From contig OX597825.1 in the NCBI GenBank assembly GCA_951406725.2, positions 45,508,001 through 45,572,000 of the forward strand: a DNA stretch of 64,000 nucleotides. The letters run 5' to 3'. This DNA is from Octopus vulgaris. Taxonomy: Eukaryota. Made by a program: the position numbers and the translations under genes. How positions within the stretch are numbered: position 1 is the stretch's first letter; each line of letters starts with the position of its first letter. Positions 21,148-33,927 of the stretch are shown in pieces. The notes under the pieces are model-generated. The model was given only the letters and a program-made list of their open reading frames with translations, did no database searches and had not been told where the DNA came from.

Positions 21148-23182
21148 TCTCATATTATAAAAGGCAGATTTTATCTGCCTCCCTTTGTCAGTTATAGAAA
21201 TCTACAATATAGGATTTCTTCAATTACAATTTACTTAGCATTTTTAAGAGTAGAATGCATCGGGTTTTGCCAGGTCCACTTTTTAAAATTTAAACTCCAA
21301 TGAAGCAAAATTTACAGAAAACTCACATTCTGGTGTGTATGTCAAATGCTTTTCTTAATGTGGTTTACACCACACGCACACGCACACACACAGTGTGCAA
21401 AGAATAAAATGAAAGTAATTCACCTTTTGTAGTGAGTGACTCTTTCAGTCTGCCACTTTGTCTTTACACACATAGACACGCAAATATATAAATAAAATTG
21501 TAAGCTAACGTGCGTGTGTGTGTGTGTGCGTGTGCGTGAGTGTGTGACAGGAAAGTTTTTTAGGACGAAGACCTATATCGGCGATGTTTCGCTTGTCGTA
21601 GCACAGGTTTCCGTGGATTTCCGTAAAAACTTTTATTTTTTTACATAAGTAATGAGAGCGAAAGAGACTAAGAGAAAGCGATTGTATGACGAGGGAAGTT
21701 CTTTTGAAGTTACCGTGCATGGGACGCATTGATGTACATGTGTGTGTGTGTGTGTGTTTGATGGAGTGTGGGAGACAGACAGTATGTTGTGTAAGTGAAG
21801 TGCTTCTGTTAGTGTGTGTGAAGAGACAGAGTAATGTGTGAAAGAGAGAGATAACTGAAATTTTTTACTCGGTTTATGTGTATATGTATGTATGCATGTA
21901 TGTGTGTGTGTGTATGTATGTGTGTGTGTATGTATGTATGTATGTATGGCCGATTCAGTGTTTACATTTTTTACGGAAATCGACGGAAACGTGTGCTACA
22001 AGCAAAACATCGCCCCTATATCCAAGTAGCAGAAAGATCGCCCAAAAGTGTATATAGATATTTAAATGTATTTATATATTCATCTATACACTGATGTATG
22101 TATAATGTGTGTGTATATATTTCCATACACGTAACCATTCACTCCGCACAAAGTTTTTTAGGACAAAAATAAGATCTAAAGTTATCTCTAAGAAACAGAA
22201 AGATCGCCCAAAAGTGTATATAGATATTTAAATGTATTTATATATTCATCTATACACACATGTATGTATAATGTGCGTGTATATATTTCCATAGAGGTAA
22301 CCATTCAATCCATACAAAGTTTTTTAGGATGAAAATATTTATATATAAAAGAAAGGTTGTGTGTCTGTCTACTCCGATTTAGATTCCTAACTACTCCCAC
22401 ATTTTGCGATGCAGTTTAACCAAAACCGGGTATCTTATAGTCGTGATTCATATCGAGCCCTTCTGGGTATTAGCGCGCGTCTACGATGAGTCTATGATTT
22501 TACAAATAATTTACCATCATTTTTTTCCATTTTAATGCATATTTTTTAAAATAAACGGAAGTAACTCTCAAACTTCACACCAATATGCGTGCTCATATGC
22601 GACGTAATATCACATCAGCAGCATTTCCTCACACCCTCCTTGCACTTGGCGAAGGCAAAATACCAGGGGATGAAAATGGTAATATTGCCATCGATTCCAT
22701 TTGTACCATTGTTAAGACGCCTTCTGATCTCAGAGATGCAGTGTTCCCAGATCTACAAGCTAATTATCAGAATATGGATTGGATTGGCAAAAAGGCTATA
22801 CTGGCCCCGAGGAATAAAACTGTTCACCATATTAATGATGAAATGCTAAAACTCATTCCTGGGGAAGTCTATGTATATCAGTCTATCGATACAACTCCTG
22901 ACCCAGAGGACGTCATCAACTATCCAATAGAGGTACTCAATTCCTTTGAGCACCCCGGACTACCACCACACTTTCTCAAACTTAAAGTTGGTGCCCCTAT
23001 AATGCTCATCAGAAATTTGGTTCCCCCAAAACAATGCAATGGCACACGTTTGATCGTTAAGTCCTTATCTCCCACCGTAAGCTTATATCAATATTTGCCT
23101 GAATAATCATCATAATTCAGTGCAATCATTAACAGTACTTTCAAGCAATTCAGCCCCGAGCAACGCCGGGCAATTCTGCTAG
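21148..23182 (+). mobile_element. Non-autonomous Helitron with a helicase fragment
   Basis: 5' TC after A; 3' hairpin cccgagcaacgccggg then CTAG followed by T; internal microsatellites and a ~165-bp duplication (~22028/22195). Confidence 0.8.
22585..23106 (+). pseudogene. Pif1-like Helitron helicase fragment
   Basis: AILAPRN..V..IN, Y.SID, E.LNS....GLPPH.LKLKVGAPIMLIRNL...CNGTRL. Confidence 0.9.
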
Positions 23183-23370
23183 TGTATATATATATGTATA
23201 TATGTATATATATATGTATATATGTATATATATACGTATATATATATGTATATATATATGTATATATATATATGTATATATATATGTATATATATATGTA
23301 TATATATATATGTATATATATATGTATATATATGTATATATATATATGTATATATATGTATATATATGTG

Positions 23371-23443
<73 letters not shown>

Positions 23444-23650
23444 GTATATATATATGTATATATATATGTATATATATATATGTATATATATGTATATATA
23501 TATGTATATATATGTATATATATATATGTATATATACATATATATATACATATATATATATACATATATATACGTATATATATATATATACATATATACA
23601 TATATATATACGTATATATATATATATACATATATACATATATATATACA

Positions 23651-23694
23651 CTAGCAGAATTGCCCGGCGTTGCTCGGGGCTGAATTGCTTGAAA
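23651..23694 (-). mobile_element. Isolated inverted Helitron 3' terminus
   Basis: Reverse complement of 23139-23182. Confidence 0.85.
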
Positions 23695-23733
23695 CGATGA
23701 TGATGATGATGATGATATATGTATATATATATG

Positions 23734-23764
<31 letters not shown>

Positions 23765-23773
23765 ATATATATG

Positions 23774-23804
<31 letters not shown>

Positions 23805-23832
23805 GTATGTATATATATATGTATATATATAT

Positions 23833-24175
23833 GAATGGTTGTATACTGTCAATCTAACAAGAACGTGACAGTAGGGGGTACACCACTGCTGTATAGCCCT
23901 AGGAAGCATCGAACGCCTCCTGATGGCTTTGACACATTTTTCCCTGTGTCCTTATATACATTTACGAAGGGGAGACAAACACCCTCGGCTGCCGAAACTA
24001 CATCTAGGGACACGTGTTTCAGGATTGTGTCCCTAGATGCAGTTTCGGCAGCCGGGGGTGTTTGTCTCCCCTTCGTAAATGTATATAAGGACACAGGGAA
24101 AAATGTGTCAAAGCCATCAGGGGGCATTCGATGCTACTGTTACGTTCTTGTTAGATTGACAGTATACAACCATTC
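23833..24175. mobile_element. Palindromic MITE-like element
   Basis: Arms of ~150 bp (gaatggttgtatactgtcaatctaacaagaacg...) around a short loop, with a ~30-bp extra block in the left arm. Confidence 0.85.
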
Positions 24176-24284
24176 TATCGCCCCACCACCGTACATGTCT
24201 CTACGAGAGATTTAGAAATTCAATATTTCTTATATATATATATGTATACATATATGTATATATATATATATGTATATATATATG

Positions 24285-24316
<32 letters not shown>

Positions 24317-24399
24317 ATATTAGGGAATATTTCAAACTTGCGGGGAAAAATTCAATTTATAAATAGTAAATCAAATTTCACAAAATATAATATATATAT

Positions 24400-24835
24400 A
24401 TATAAATTAGAAGAAAACCACCTTTTATCAATTCAACAATGAAAAAATACCATATAGAAAAAAATTACATCCTATAGAAAAAAAATTAAATATAAGATAA
24501 AAACATATACCAATTATTAAGTAATGTATAAAATAATAAATAAAATGTATATAATTGGTAAAATGAGGACGCACGTTTCATGGCTATGTTTAAGAACTGG
24601 TAACAGCAAAATCAATTCAATTTAAATATAGCCACTCTTCAGGTTAAAGATAAAAACAATAAAATAATTATATGTAGAAACATTGCCAGATAAGACTGGA
24701 GCCTGGTGCAGCCTTCTGGCTTCCCAGATCCCCGGTCGAACCGTCCAACCAATGCTAGCATGGAGAACGGACGTTAAACAATGATGATGATGATGTATAT
24801 AATCTTGTAAAATACGAAATATCTTAACGAATATA
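24400..24835 (-). mobile_element. AT-rich non-coding repeat with a hammerhead-like core, interrupted by an RTE tail (24676-24795, +)
   Basis: Inverted paralogue at ~31995-32315. Minus strand reads CTGAAGA-GTGGCTAT...ATAGCCAT-GAAACGTGCGTC at 24568-24642. Confidence 0.65.
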
Positions 24836-24971
24836 TTCTGGTGTAGAATAGAATAAATGGGTATAAATATTCATTATATCTATAAAAATATTTTAACTTA
24901 TATAAGAAAAGAATAACAAACTATAATATATCATTACTAGAAAATGAAATACAATTAATTAAATTATTTAA

Positions 24972-25003
<32 letters not shown>

Positions 25004-25007
<4 letters not shown>

Positions 25008-28000
25008 CTTGACCGACCAGTCTGTCAGGCGTCCATTTGACACTGCTGGTCACAGCACACTGTCCACTCCTCTCTGGATTGTGCCATTCTCATCCACGTG
25101 ATCCCAATCGTCCTCCTTAAATCGTAATGCCACCGTCGTGGAGGTCTTCCGGGTGGTCTTTTCCACTCGCGCGGGTACCACTCGACAACTGCGTGGGTCC
25201 ACCGATTATCGGTGAGCCGGGCAACGTGTCCAGCCCATCTATACTTGCTGCGTGTATACTCTGCGATGACATCTCACACGCCGGACTTCTTTCTAATGAT
25301 CTCGCTACTGATGTGCTCTCTCAATGAGATACCAAGCATTGACCTTTCCATGGCTCTTTGAGCCGTTACCAGTCTCTGCTCTTCTCTCTTTGTGATAGCC
25401 CATGTTTCACTACCATATAACATTGCAGGTAGAACTTCACTGTTAATGAGGTTGGCATGGGTGGTCCTGTCCAACCTTCCCTTGAGCACATCCCTTATGC
25501 CATTAAATGCCTTCCATCTGGCCCTTACTCTCTGTGAGATCTCTTTTTCGATATCTTGGCACATATTCACTTCCTGTCCCAGGTAGACATATTCTTTTAC
25601 CTCCTCTATTTCATCACTGCCGATCACCATTTGACCTGTTAATACGTTGTCTGACCGCATGAACTTTGTTTTTATGTGGTTCATCTTGTGACCTACTGCA
25701 GAGCTTATGATGTCGAGCTCCGTTAGCATGGTCTGAAGCTGATCCATGTTTTCAGCGATGAGTATGATGTCGTCAGCGAAACGGAGGTGAGTGAGGAGCT
25801 CGCCATTGATGTTGACACCACCTTGCCAGTCGATGCCTCTGATGATCTGTTCGAGACATGCGGTGAAAAGTTTTGGGGAGATTGTATCTCCTTGTTTCAC
25901 TCCCTTCTCAACCGGCACTCGTATGGGTGATGACAGTAGAGCTATGTTGGTGGTGCATCCGGAATTTGCCTCCCTGAGCAGCTGCACATATTGCACTTCG
26001 ACTCCTTGCCTCTGTAGCGAGTTCAGCACTGCATTGGTTTCGACGCTATCGCAAAGAGGCAGCTTGTACTCATTTGCTCGTTCAAGCAGTTGCGTTAGAG
26101 CAAATATATGGTCCATCGTGCTGTAGTTCTCCCAGAAGCCTGCTTGTTCCCTCGGTTGTTGTTCGTTGAGATGACGTGATAACCTGTTCAGAATTATCTT
26201 TGTGAACAGCTTGTACACGTGAGACAGCAGGCATATGGGTCGGTAGTTCTTTAGATCTTCTCTATCGCCCTTCTTATACAGCAGGATGGTATTTGACTCT
26301 TTCCACTGCGAGGGGATTCTTCCCTCGTCTAGATAGTGCGTAAATCGCTCAACGAGGATTTTCCAGAGCTGCTCTCTTGCCTGACTTTAGCACCTCCGAT
26401 GTTATACCATCTTTCCCTGGCGCCTTTCTGTTTTACATCGAGCCGATGGCTCTTTCAACCTCACTGACAAGGATAGTTGGCACGTTTTCTTCATGTTGGA
26501 GTGGTGGTAACGGCTGGACATTTCTGGTAGACTTAAAGAGCTTGGTGTAGAAGTCTTCGCAAACTTTTTCCATCTCGCTCTTCTCGTTGACCGGTATTCC
26601 ATCTGTATTCTCCAGGGCCGTCACCTCGGATCTATATAGTACCATGTCCCTCTTGCATTTCTTGAAGCTCTTCTTTTCCTCTGTGGCATTCAAGAGCTTC
26701 TCCATCCGGTATGGCTCAAAGTCTTTCTTTAGTTGCTGTTGAATCACTCTGCTGAAAATGGAATATTCAAGGTGATCTTCAATAGTCCATATTTTTCCTC
26801 TTCTCGAGTAACTTCGTAGTTCTTCCGAGATTCTTCCCTTCTTTTCTCTTAGGCATACTCCCTTTGCCTTCCTTAAACACTACTTCAGTTTCCCTATCGG
26901 TGAGTTGTAGTCATCGTCTATGTCGTCTCCTTGGCACCAGTCTTCCTGCGTGATGGCTTCCTGCAGTTTTGCCTCGTTGTAGACTCAGACACATTTTCCC
27001 CTCGACGCCAAATACAGCGCCATCTTCTCCCTCTTCCCGTCGATGATGACCCTCGCCCTCACCAGACGATGATTGCTGCCGGTGTTGAATGGCGTCACGA
27101 CGGAGGCGTCATGTAATATGCATCGCTTATCAACCAGGATGTAGTTGATCCCGCTTCAGTGCTTAGAGTTCGGCAATATCCAGGTCCATCTCTTCCTCTC
27201 CCTCTTCCTGAATAGGCTGTTTCCGTTGTAGAGCCGCCTCGCTTCTGCCATGGTAGCCAAACATTCTCCTCTCTCGTTTCTCTCTCCCATGCTGAATCTC
27301 CCGACATACTCCTCTCCTTGTCGTCCATGTCCAACCTTTGCGTTGAAGTCTCCCATCACGACAGTGTAAGTGAACTTCATAGCCAACCCTTTGTCTAGTT
27401 GTTGATAGAATTCTTCCACCTCGTCGTTGTTGCTGGCACTTGTGGGAGCATAGGTCTGGATAATCCGTGATGATATGAAGTGGCAAGAAGCGACCCTCGA
27501 AGTCCATTCCTTACTTATGATGAATCCGATACCTCTGACCGATCTAGCACCTTGTGCTCTCCCTAATCTCACAGTGCATCCATCTTGCCATCGTATACTC
27601 GCTTCCTTCTTCCAGCATGTCTCGCATAGCCCTAACACGTTGCACCTGATCTTCTTCCTCTCCTCCATTAGGTGGTTCAGATCTTACCACCCTGCCAAGG
27701 ACCTGCAGTTGTAGGTGCATGTGGCAAGGTTAGTCCTGTTCCATGACGGCCCTCGGGAACCTGTGATTCTTAGCAGCCTCTCGTCACTCGAGTTGCACTC
27801 CACTGTCATGGAGTGGCCCGATTGATGTGCAGGTTACTAAGGCCCTTTTCCTTTTCTCTTCGTTCTTCGTGCTATTTTAGCCACTGGCTGGGCGGGCAGG
27901 CCGGCATTTTGTTGGATGGCCGTTGACTATTCAGGAGTTCATCCGCCCTTTATTGGCTTTTATTTTTCCAACAGCACCCTCCTCAGCAAGCGAACCTGGT

Positions 28001-28089
28001 GGGGTTGTCAGTTTAGTCGCTGACATCCCAACCATGCAACGGGTTGTACTGGATTACATGTTACTAGTAGCACTCTAGAGCGACCTGAC
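25004..28089 (-). mobile_element. Near full-length, frameshifted RTE-clade LINE (APE + RT)
   Basis: APE motifs LGLCET, YAPT and MGDFNAKVG; RT motifs REQAGF, GVKQGDTISPKLF, LRFADD and YVYLG; bounded by TA runs. Confidence 0.92.
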
Positions 28090-28309
28090 ATATATAAATT
28101 TTTAATTTTCATTCCTTTCGTGAATTTATCCTTAATTGGTGGTTTGAGTTTTCTACTGCTCTTTCTAGCACAAGGCTTTTCTATTTGGAAGCCTCTTGTA
28201 TTTCTATGAGAATAATATATAGTCTAATGACTAATTCGTTTTTGTGCTAGGCCACTGGTAATAATAATTTCTTATTACCCTATTGTTATTTATTATATAT
28301 ATATATTTT

Positions 28310-28461
28310 TTTTTTTCTAGTTTCAGCTCAGAGCTGGAGCCTCGTGGAGCTTTTAGGTGTTTTCGCTCAATAAACACTCACAACGCCCGGTCTGGGAATC
28401 GAAACCGCGATCCTATGACCGTGAGTCCGCTGCCCTAACCACTGGGCCATTGCGCCTCCAC
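28310..28461 (-). mobile_element. Short tRNA-derived SINE with a CR1-type tail
   Basis: A box TGGCCCAGTGG, B box GGTTTCGATTCC, tail cagctctgagctgaaac plus an A-run. Confidence 0.8.
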
Positions 28462-28499
<38 letters not shown>

Positions 28500-28500
28500 T

Positions 28501-28613
28501 AGAAACACTGCCAGATCTGGCTGGGCCTGATGAAGCCTTCCGGCTTCACAGACCCCAGTTGAACCGTCCAACCCATGCTAGCATGGAAAACGGACGCTAA
28601 AAGATGATGATGA

Positions 28614-28616
<3 letters not shown>
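28501..28616 (+). mobile_element. RTE 3' tail fragment
   Basis: gaaccgtccaacccatgctagcatgg...gatgatgat. Confidence 0.8.
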
Positions 28617-28652
<36 letters not shown>

Positions 28653-28918
28653 ATACAAAATATGCATTAAATGAAAACTAAAATACTATAATTTAATCTA
28701 TATACACTAAATTAAATTATTTAAATGTAATACTACATAACAAATAAATCTCCTAACTATTAAATAATATATTGTTTTACAAAACTATTTCTCAAAGTAA
28801 ATTATATGTAATATGTTAAATCACATTATAAAAATAATAATAAATATAATAAATTAAATAGATATACGTATCTTAACTAATAATTATCAAGAAACTATAT
28901 ATAAATTAATATTTTAAC

Positions 28919-28950
<32 letters not shown>

Positions 28951-29015
28951 TAATAATAATCAAACATAATACAGTTCAAAAATTAAATAATTTTGTTAAA
29001 TAAAAACGTTGCTTC

Positions 29016-31930
29016 TTTTTTTTTTCTTGTTTCAGCTCAGAGCTGCGGCCATGCTGATGCACCGCCGTTTTGTGCTACACTGTTATTACGAAGAACCTCC
29101 TCTAATATGTGGCACTTGGTGAAGAATAGAGTTTGATATAGCTACTCTCATTTGCACCTCTTGCCGTGAGGTAGGTTCATCTGGGACTCTCGACAGGAAG
29201 ATGTCCAGCTTTGATTTAAAAGCCGCTACATCTACTTTGGGAGAATATTAAAAAGCTGTGGGCGCTTGAAACCCAGGCTGTTGCAGGAACTGGTCCTAAA
29301 GCGTGATGGCATTGCTGGGATCTTTGGCACTATGCAGTGTCGTCCTGTTCAAGCATTGGTGTAGCTTACAATGCCAAAATTTGGCACAATCCCTTCCAGG
29401 ATCTTCCAGACATATATTACTGCATGCCTCTCCCGTCTTCTCTCCAGGAAGTAGAGTCTTAGCTGTTTCAGCCTTTCCCAGTAGCTGAGCTGTTGCAAAG
29501 AGACGATCTTCTTTGTGAATCTTCTCTGGATTGCTTCAAGGTCCGCTTTTAATTTCACACTGGTGGGTGACCATAGCTGTGAGCAGTAATCCAGGCGGCT
29601 GAAGACGAATGTCCGCCAGAGGACCATCATGGTTTCCTTATCTCTGGTTCTGAATGTTCTTAGAATCCATCCAGCCAGTCGTCTGCACTTTGTCGCCATC
29701 CTGGTAATGTGCACTTGGAAAGAGGTATCCTCACTCATGTCGATACACAGGTCCCTCACAGACTTAGACTCTGGGATTGAAATTCCCTGTGGACCGGTGT
29801 ATCCTGTAAGTTTAATATTCAGTTTTGGATGCTGGTAACGCAGGGCCTGGAATTTTTCAGCATTAAACTGCATATTATTATCCTCAGCCCATCTGTAGAT
29901 TGAGTCCAACTCCTGCTGCAGGTGTGCAACATCGCTGGGGTTCTGTATTTTCTGCAAGACTTTCGTATCGTCTGCATAGCTTGCCAGAGTGGCTATCCGG
30001 GCATTTGAGGGCATATCTGAGAGGGCCACTATAAAAAGCAGTGGTCCCAAGACACTTCCCTGTGGAACACCACTCACTATTTGTGTGTTCATAGAGGTGG
30101 CTCCACTAACCACTACTGCCTGACTCCTATCTTTCAGCTAAGTTTTCCAGCTATGCCGAGGTCATGCAGTTTGTGGCATATCATACCATGATCCACCTTA
30201 TCAAAAGCTTTTGCAAAATCAAGGTAGATTACATCCACATTTGATTTGCTGAGTAACTGCCTCAACATCCAGTCATAATGTTGTAAGAGCTGGGTCAGGC
30301 AGCTCCTACCTGGTTGAAAACCATGCTGGGTATCACTCAGCAAGTTATTTTCCTCAAGGAATGCGATTAGTTTCTTTCTGACTATCCGTTCCATGACTTT
30401 GGTGATGTGTGAAGTCAGAGAGATAGGCCTATAATTTTTGGCATCTGCTCTACTTCCCCCTTTATGTATTGGGCATATTATTCCCTCCTTCAGCTTGCTT
30501 GGCAGTTTGCCATTTGTAAGAAAGCTCTGGAAAAGAATCTTGAGGGGTTTTGCCAGGGCATGCTTACACGCTTTGAGGAGGATTGCTGGGAAACCATCTG
30601 GACCAGCAGTTGAGTTTGTGTCCACTTCATTTATGGCTAGGACATCTTCTTCGCTAATGTCAATACATTCTATTGTAACCGCCTCGCTGGTTATAGGTGA
30701 GGCGGCAAAGAAGTCCACTGGTTTGTTCACTTGTCTGTGTTCCAACAGGATGGTAAAGACACTTTTGAACTGGTCATTCAGCATCTCACTGATCTTAGTT
30801 GGACTGTCTGTGAGGGAGCCATCCTTTTGGAGGAGGAGTCCTATCTTGTAGTGTACTGAGACTGTTTCTTTCGCATAATGAAAGAAGGCCTTTGGGTTTA
30901 ATTTAATGTTTTTTATAACCCAGGCTTCTTTGTCTGCTTTCTTTCTCACATAGAATTGTTGCAGCCTTTTTTCGATCACCATCTGTGTTGTTTTTAGGCG
31001 GGACGTTTCGCTACTTTTGGGATGTTGGTTGAGACGATTTGCAACCTTCGTCCATCGTCTCATGAGGATCTTCCTGTCTCTTGGAATCTTGCTCCTATTT
31101 GTTTTGGCCTTGTGCTCTGGGATATATTTCTGGCATACGGCTTGCACAGAAGACATGAAACATTCTAGTTTCATGTCAATGTCTGGTGTGGAGAGACATT
31201 CCGGCCAGTCCTCTCTGAGGATCTCTTTTTGGATCGATTTCCAATCTGCTTTGTGGAAGTTTAGATTGGAGAGATTTCGGGTGCTTCCTTTAGGCTGTAT
31301 CTCTCTTGTTACTTTTGGCCCAAACATAGACAGCTCTATTATGTTGTGATCCAAAACTAATGTCGGTGTCACTTTCACATCATGAATGATGTCCATATTG
31401 TTCGTGAAGCAGAGATCCAGAATGTTATTCGCCCTAGTTGGTTTGAGTACAACTTGCTCCATGAATAAGGCGTTGGTGAGGTTGAGCAGGGACTCCACCT
31501 GTACTTGCTTGCAATGATTCATTCCTGAGAGTATGAGACCTTCAGGCCATTTGACGTTGGGAAAGTTGAAATCACCCATAAGAAATATGGTCACGTTGTG
31601 TTCCAGATTCATGAAGATTTCTTTAATTCTTGTGAGGTAATCTTCAAACTTCCCTATGTGATTTGGAGCATCCGGTGTGCAATATGTATTGCATATGACT
31701 ATATTATGTTGTCTTATGTATACAATTAAAGTGTCACATACCGAATTTGAGTATGTCATTAAGACCTGAGGTGTGAGGTCATCTCGGATGTATACAGCAA
31801 CTCCACCATGGCTCCTTTCCCTTCTGTCTGTTCGCAGTATGGCATAGTTTGGTATGTGTACTTCTGCGTCGTCTATATCAGGGCTGAGGTGAGTTTCCAC
31901 GAGTGCTATGCATAGGGCTTGATTGCATCT
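29016..31930 (-). mobile_element. CR1/L2-group LINE, 5'-truncated within APE, with disrupted ORF2 (ORFs 30134-31900 and 29349-30113)
   Basis: [50 protein letters not shown] and YADD. Related to the element at 1-1393. Confidence 0.93.
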
Positions 31931-31994
31931 TATTGATGAGAATTTTATAACTGAATTTTAAATGTAATAATGTAGGTCTTAGCATTCATAATTA

Positions 31995-32320
31995 TATATT
32001 TGTTAAGATATTTCATATTTTACAAGATTATATACGTATATTTATTTATTTTATTGTTTTTATCTTTAACCTGAAGAGTGGCTATATTTAAATTGAATTG
32101 ATTTTGGTGTTATCAGTTCTTAAATATAGCCACAAAACACGTGTTGTCATTTTACCAATTATATATGTTTTATTTATTATTTTATACGTTACTTAATAAT
32201 TGGTATATGTTTATATCTTATATTTAATTTCTTTTCTATAGGATGTAATTTTTTTCTATATGGTATAATTTAGTTTTTTCATTGTTGAATTGATAAGAGG
32301 TGGTTTTCTTCTAATTTTCA
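31995..32320 (+). mobile_element. Second copy of the AT-rich hammerhead-like repeat
   Basis: Reverse complement of 24400-24835 without the RTE-tail insert. Confidence 0.7.
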
Positions 32321-32476
32321 CACTTATATATATATATATGTATGTATATATATGTATATATATATACATATATATATATGTATATATATGTATATATATA
32401 TACATATATATATATATGTATATATATGTATGTATATATACATATATGTATATATATATACATATATGTATATATA

Positions 32477-32510
<34 letters not shown>

Positions 32511-32536
32511 ATAAATAATATATAAGTATATGCATA

Positions 32537-33918
32537 TGATGGCCGTCCACTCGTGACCGAGGAAGACCATTGCCGACCTTCAGGAACATTGTGCACTCTA
32601 GGACTAACTTATATTTTGCATTTGCGGCTCCGTTGGTGGCTAATGAGCCCTGCTCTTGACAAGCATACACGACTGCAAACATTGCAGACCAAGCTTTCCC
32701 CATTCACTATACAAGCCATGCGCTTTCGCGCAGCTCGCTTAAGTTCTTCATGCTGGATACGTGCTCTCTCAAAAGTGTCGATCCCCTCCTTAACCTGCTT
32801 CCTCCATCTGTGGCGATGACAGGCATTGTTCTCCCAGTCAGTGTCCTGTATATCAAAAGCCTTTAATGAGGACTTGACACAGTCCTTAAATCGTAGCCTT
32901 GGTTTCTGCCGGAGTCTCCTTCCATTCACAAGTTCTCCATAGAGCATCTGCTTAGGAATCCTTCTATCCTCCATTCTAATAAGGTGTCCAGTCCAACGCA
33001 ACCGGTGCTTGTGTACCATTGCTTCAATACTCAAGATATCAGCTGTCCTCAGGATCTGTGTGTCTGGAATTTTTGAGGTCCAGCCAGCATTGAGAATGTG
33101 TCTGAGACATCTCTGATGAAAACGTTCAAGGACCCTTACCTGACGTTTGTACAGAGTCCATGTCTCACATGAGTAGAGAAGCGATGTCAGTACACAAGCA
33201 CGGTACACAGCAACTTTTGTTCTCCTTGTGATGCCATGTTGGGACCAGACACGAGACTGAAGAGACCGGAAGGAATTAGTTGCTCTCTGTAACCTGAAAG
33301 ATATTTTCTCATCCAGGGAGCAAGAACGGCTGAGTGTGCTGCCCAGGTAGACAAACTTGTCTTCTACCTTCAGAATTGTTCCTTCAACCAAGATAGCTGG
33401 TTCTATATATGGATTTCCTGGTGCAGGCTGGAACATTACAACAGTCTTGTCCAGGCTAATGCTGAGTCCAAATGCCCTGCAAGAAGCAGAAATGCAATTC
33501 ATGAGTATTTGCATGTCATCCACTGTATGAGTGACTAAGTCACAGTCATCTGCATAAAGGAGGTCACGAATAATAGACTGGGAAACCTTTGAATTGGCAG
33601 CAAATCGGCGAAGATTAAAGAGGCGGCCAGAAGATCGATATCTGACATATATTCCCAGAGAGCTAACCTTAGCAAAAGCATGAGTAAAAGCAGCAGCAAA
33701 GTACAAAGAAAAGAGAGTTGGGGCAAGGATGTCACCCTGCTTGACACCATTCTCTACAGGAATGGGTCCCGCCATGGCACCCCCAACATTGACCCAAGCC
33801 TCGATCCCATCATGAAATGATTTAATTATAGATACAAAATGATCCGGACATCCGAGTTTACCAAGTATTTTCCATAGAAAGGCCCTATTTACAGTATCAA
33901 AGGCCTTAGTTAAATCAG
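32537..33918 (-). mobile_element. 5'-truncated RTE (BovB-like) LINE; ORF 32609-33775 uninterrupted
   Basis: DLTKAFDTV, GVKQGDILAPTLF, LLYADD, FVYLGS, LLYSCETW, RLRWTGH and a terminal CxxC..H zinc finger. Confidence 0.92.
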
Positions 33919-33927
33919 TATATATAT

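Noticed and set aside
27965-28030. Twister ribozyme (TAA...GGAGGG) in the RTE leader
   Set aside because: P2 and the pseudoknot pairings do not fit the consensus.
28385-28461. Functional tRNA gene
   Set aside because: It has A/B boxes, but the acceptor stem is poor and it continues into a SINE body and LINE-type tail.
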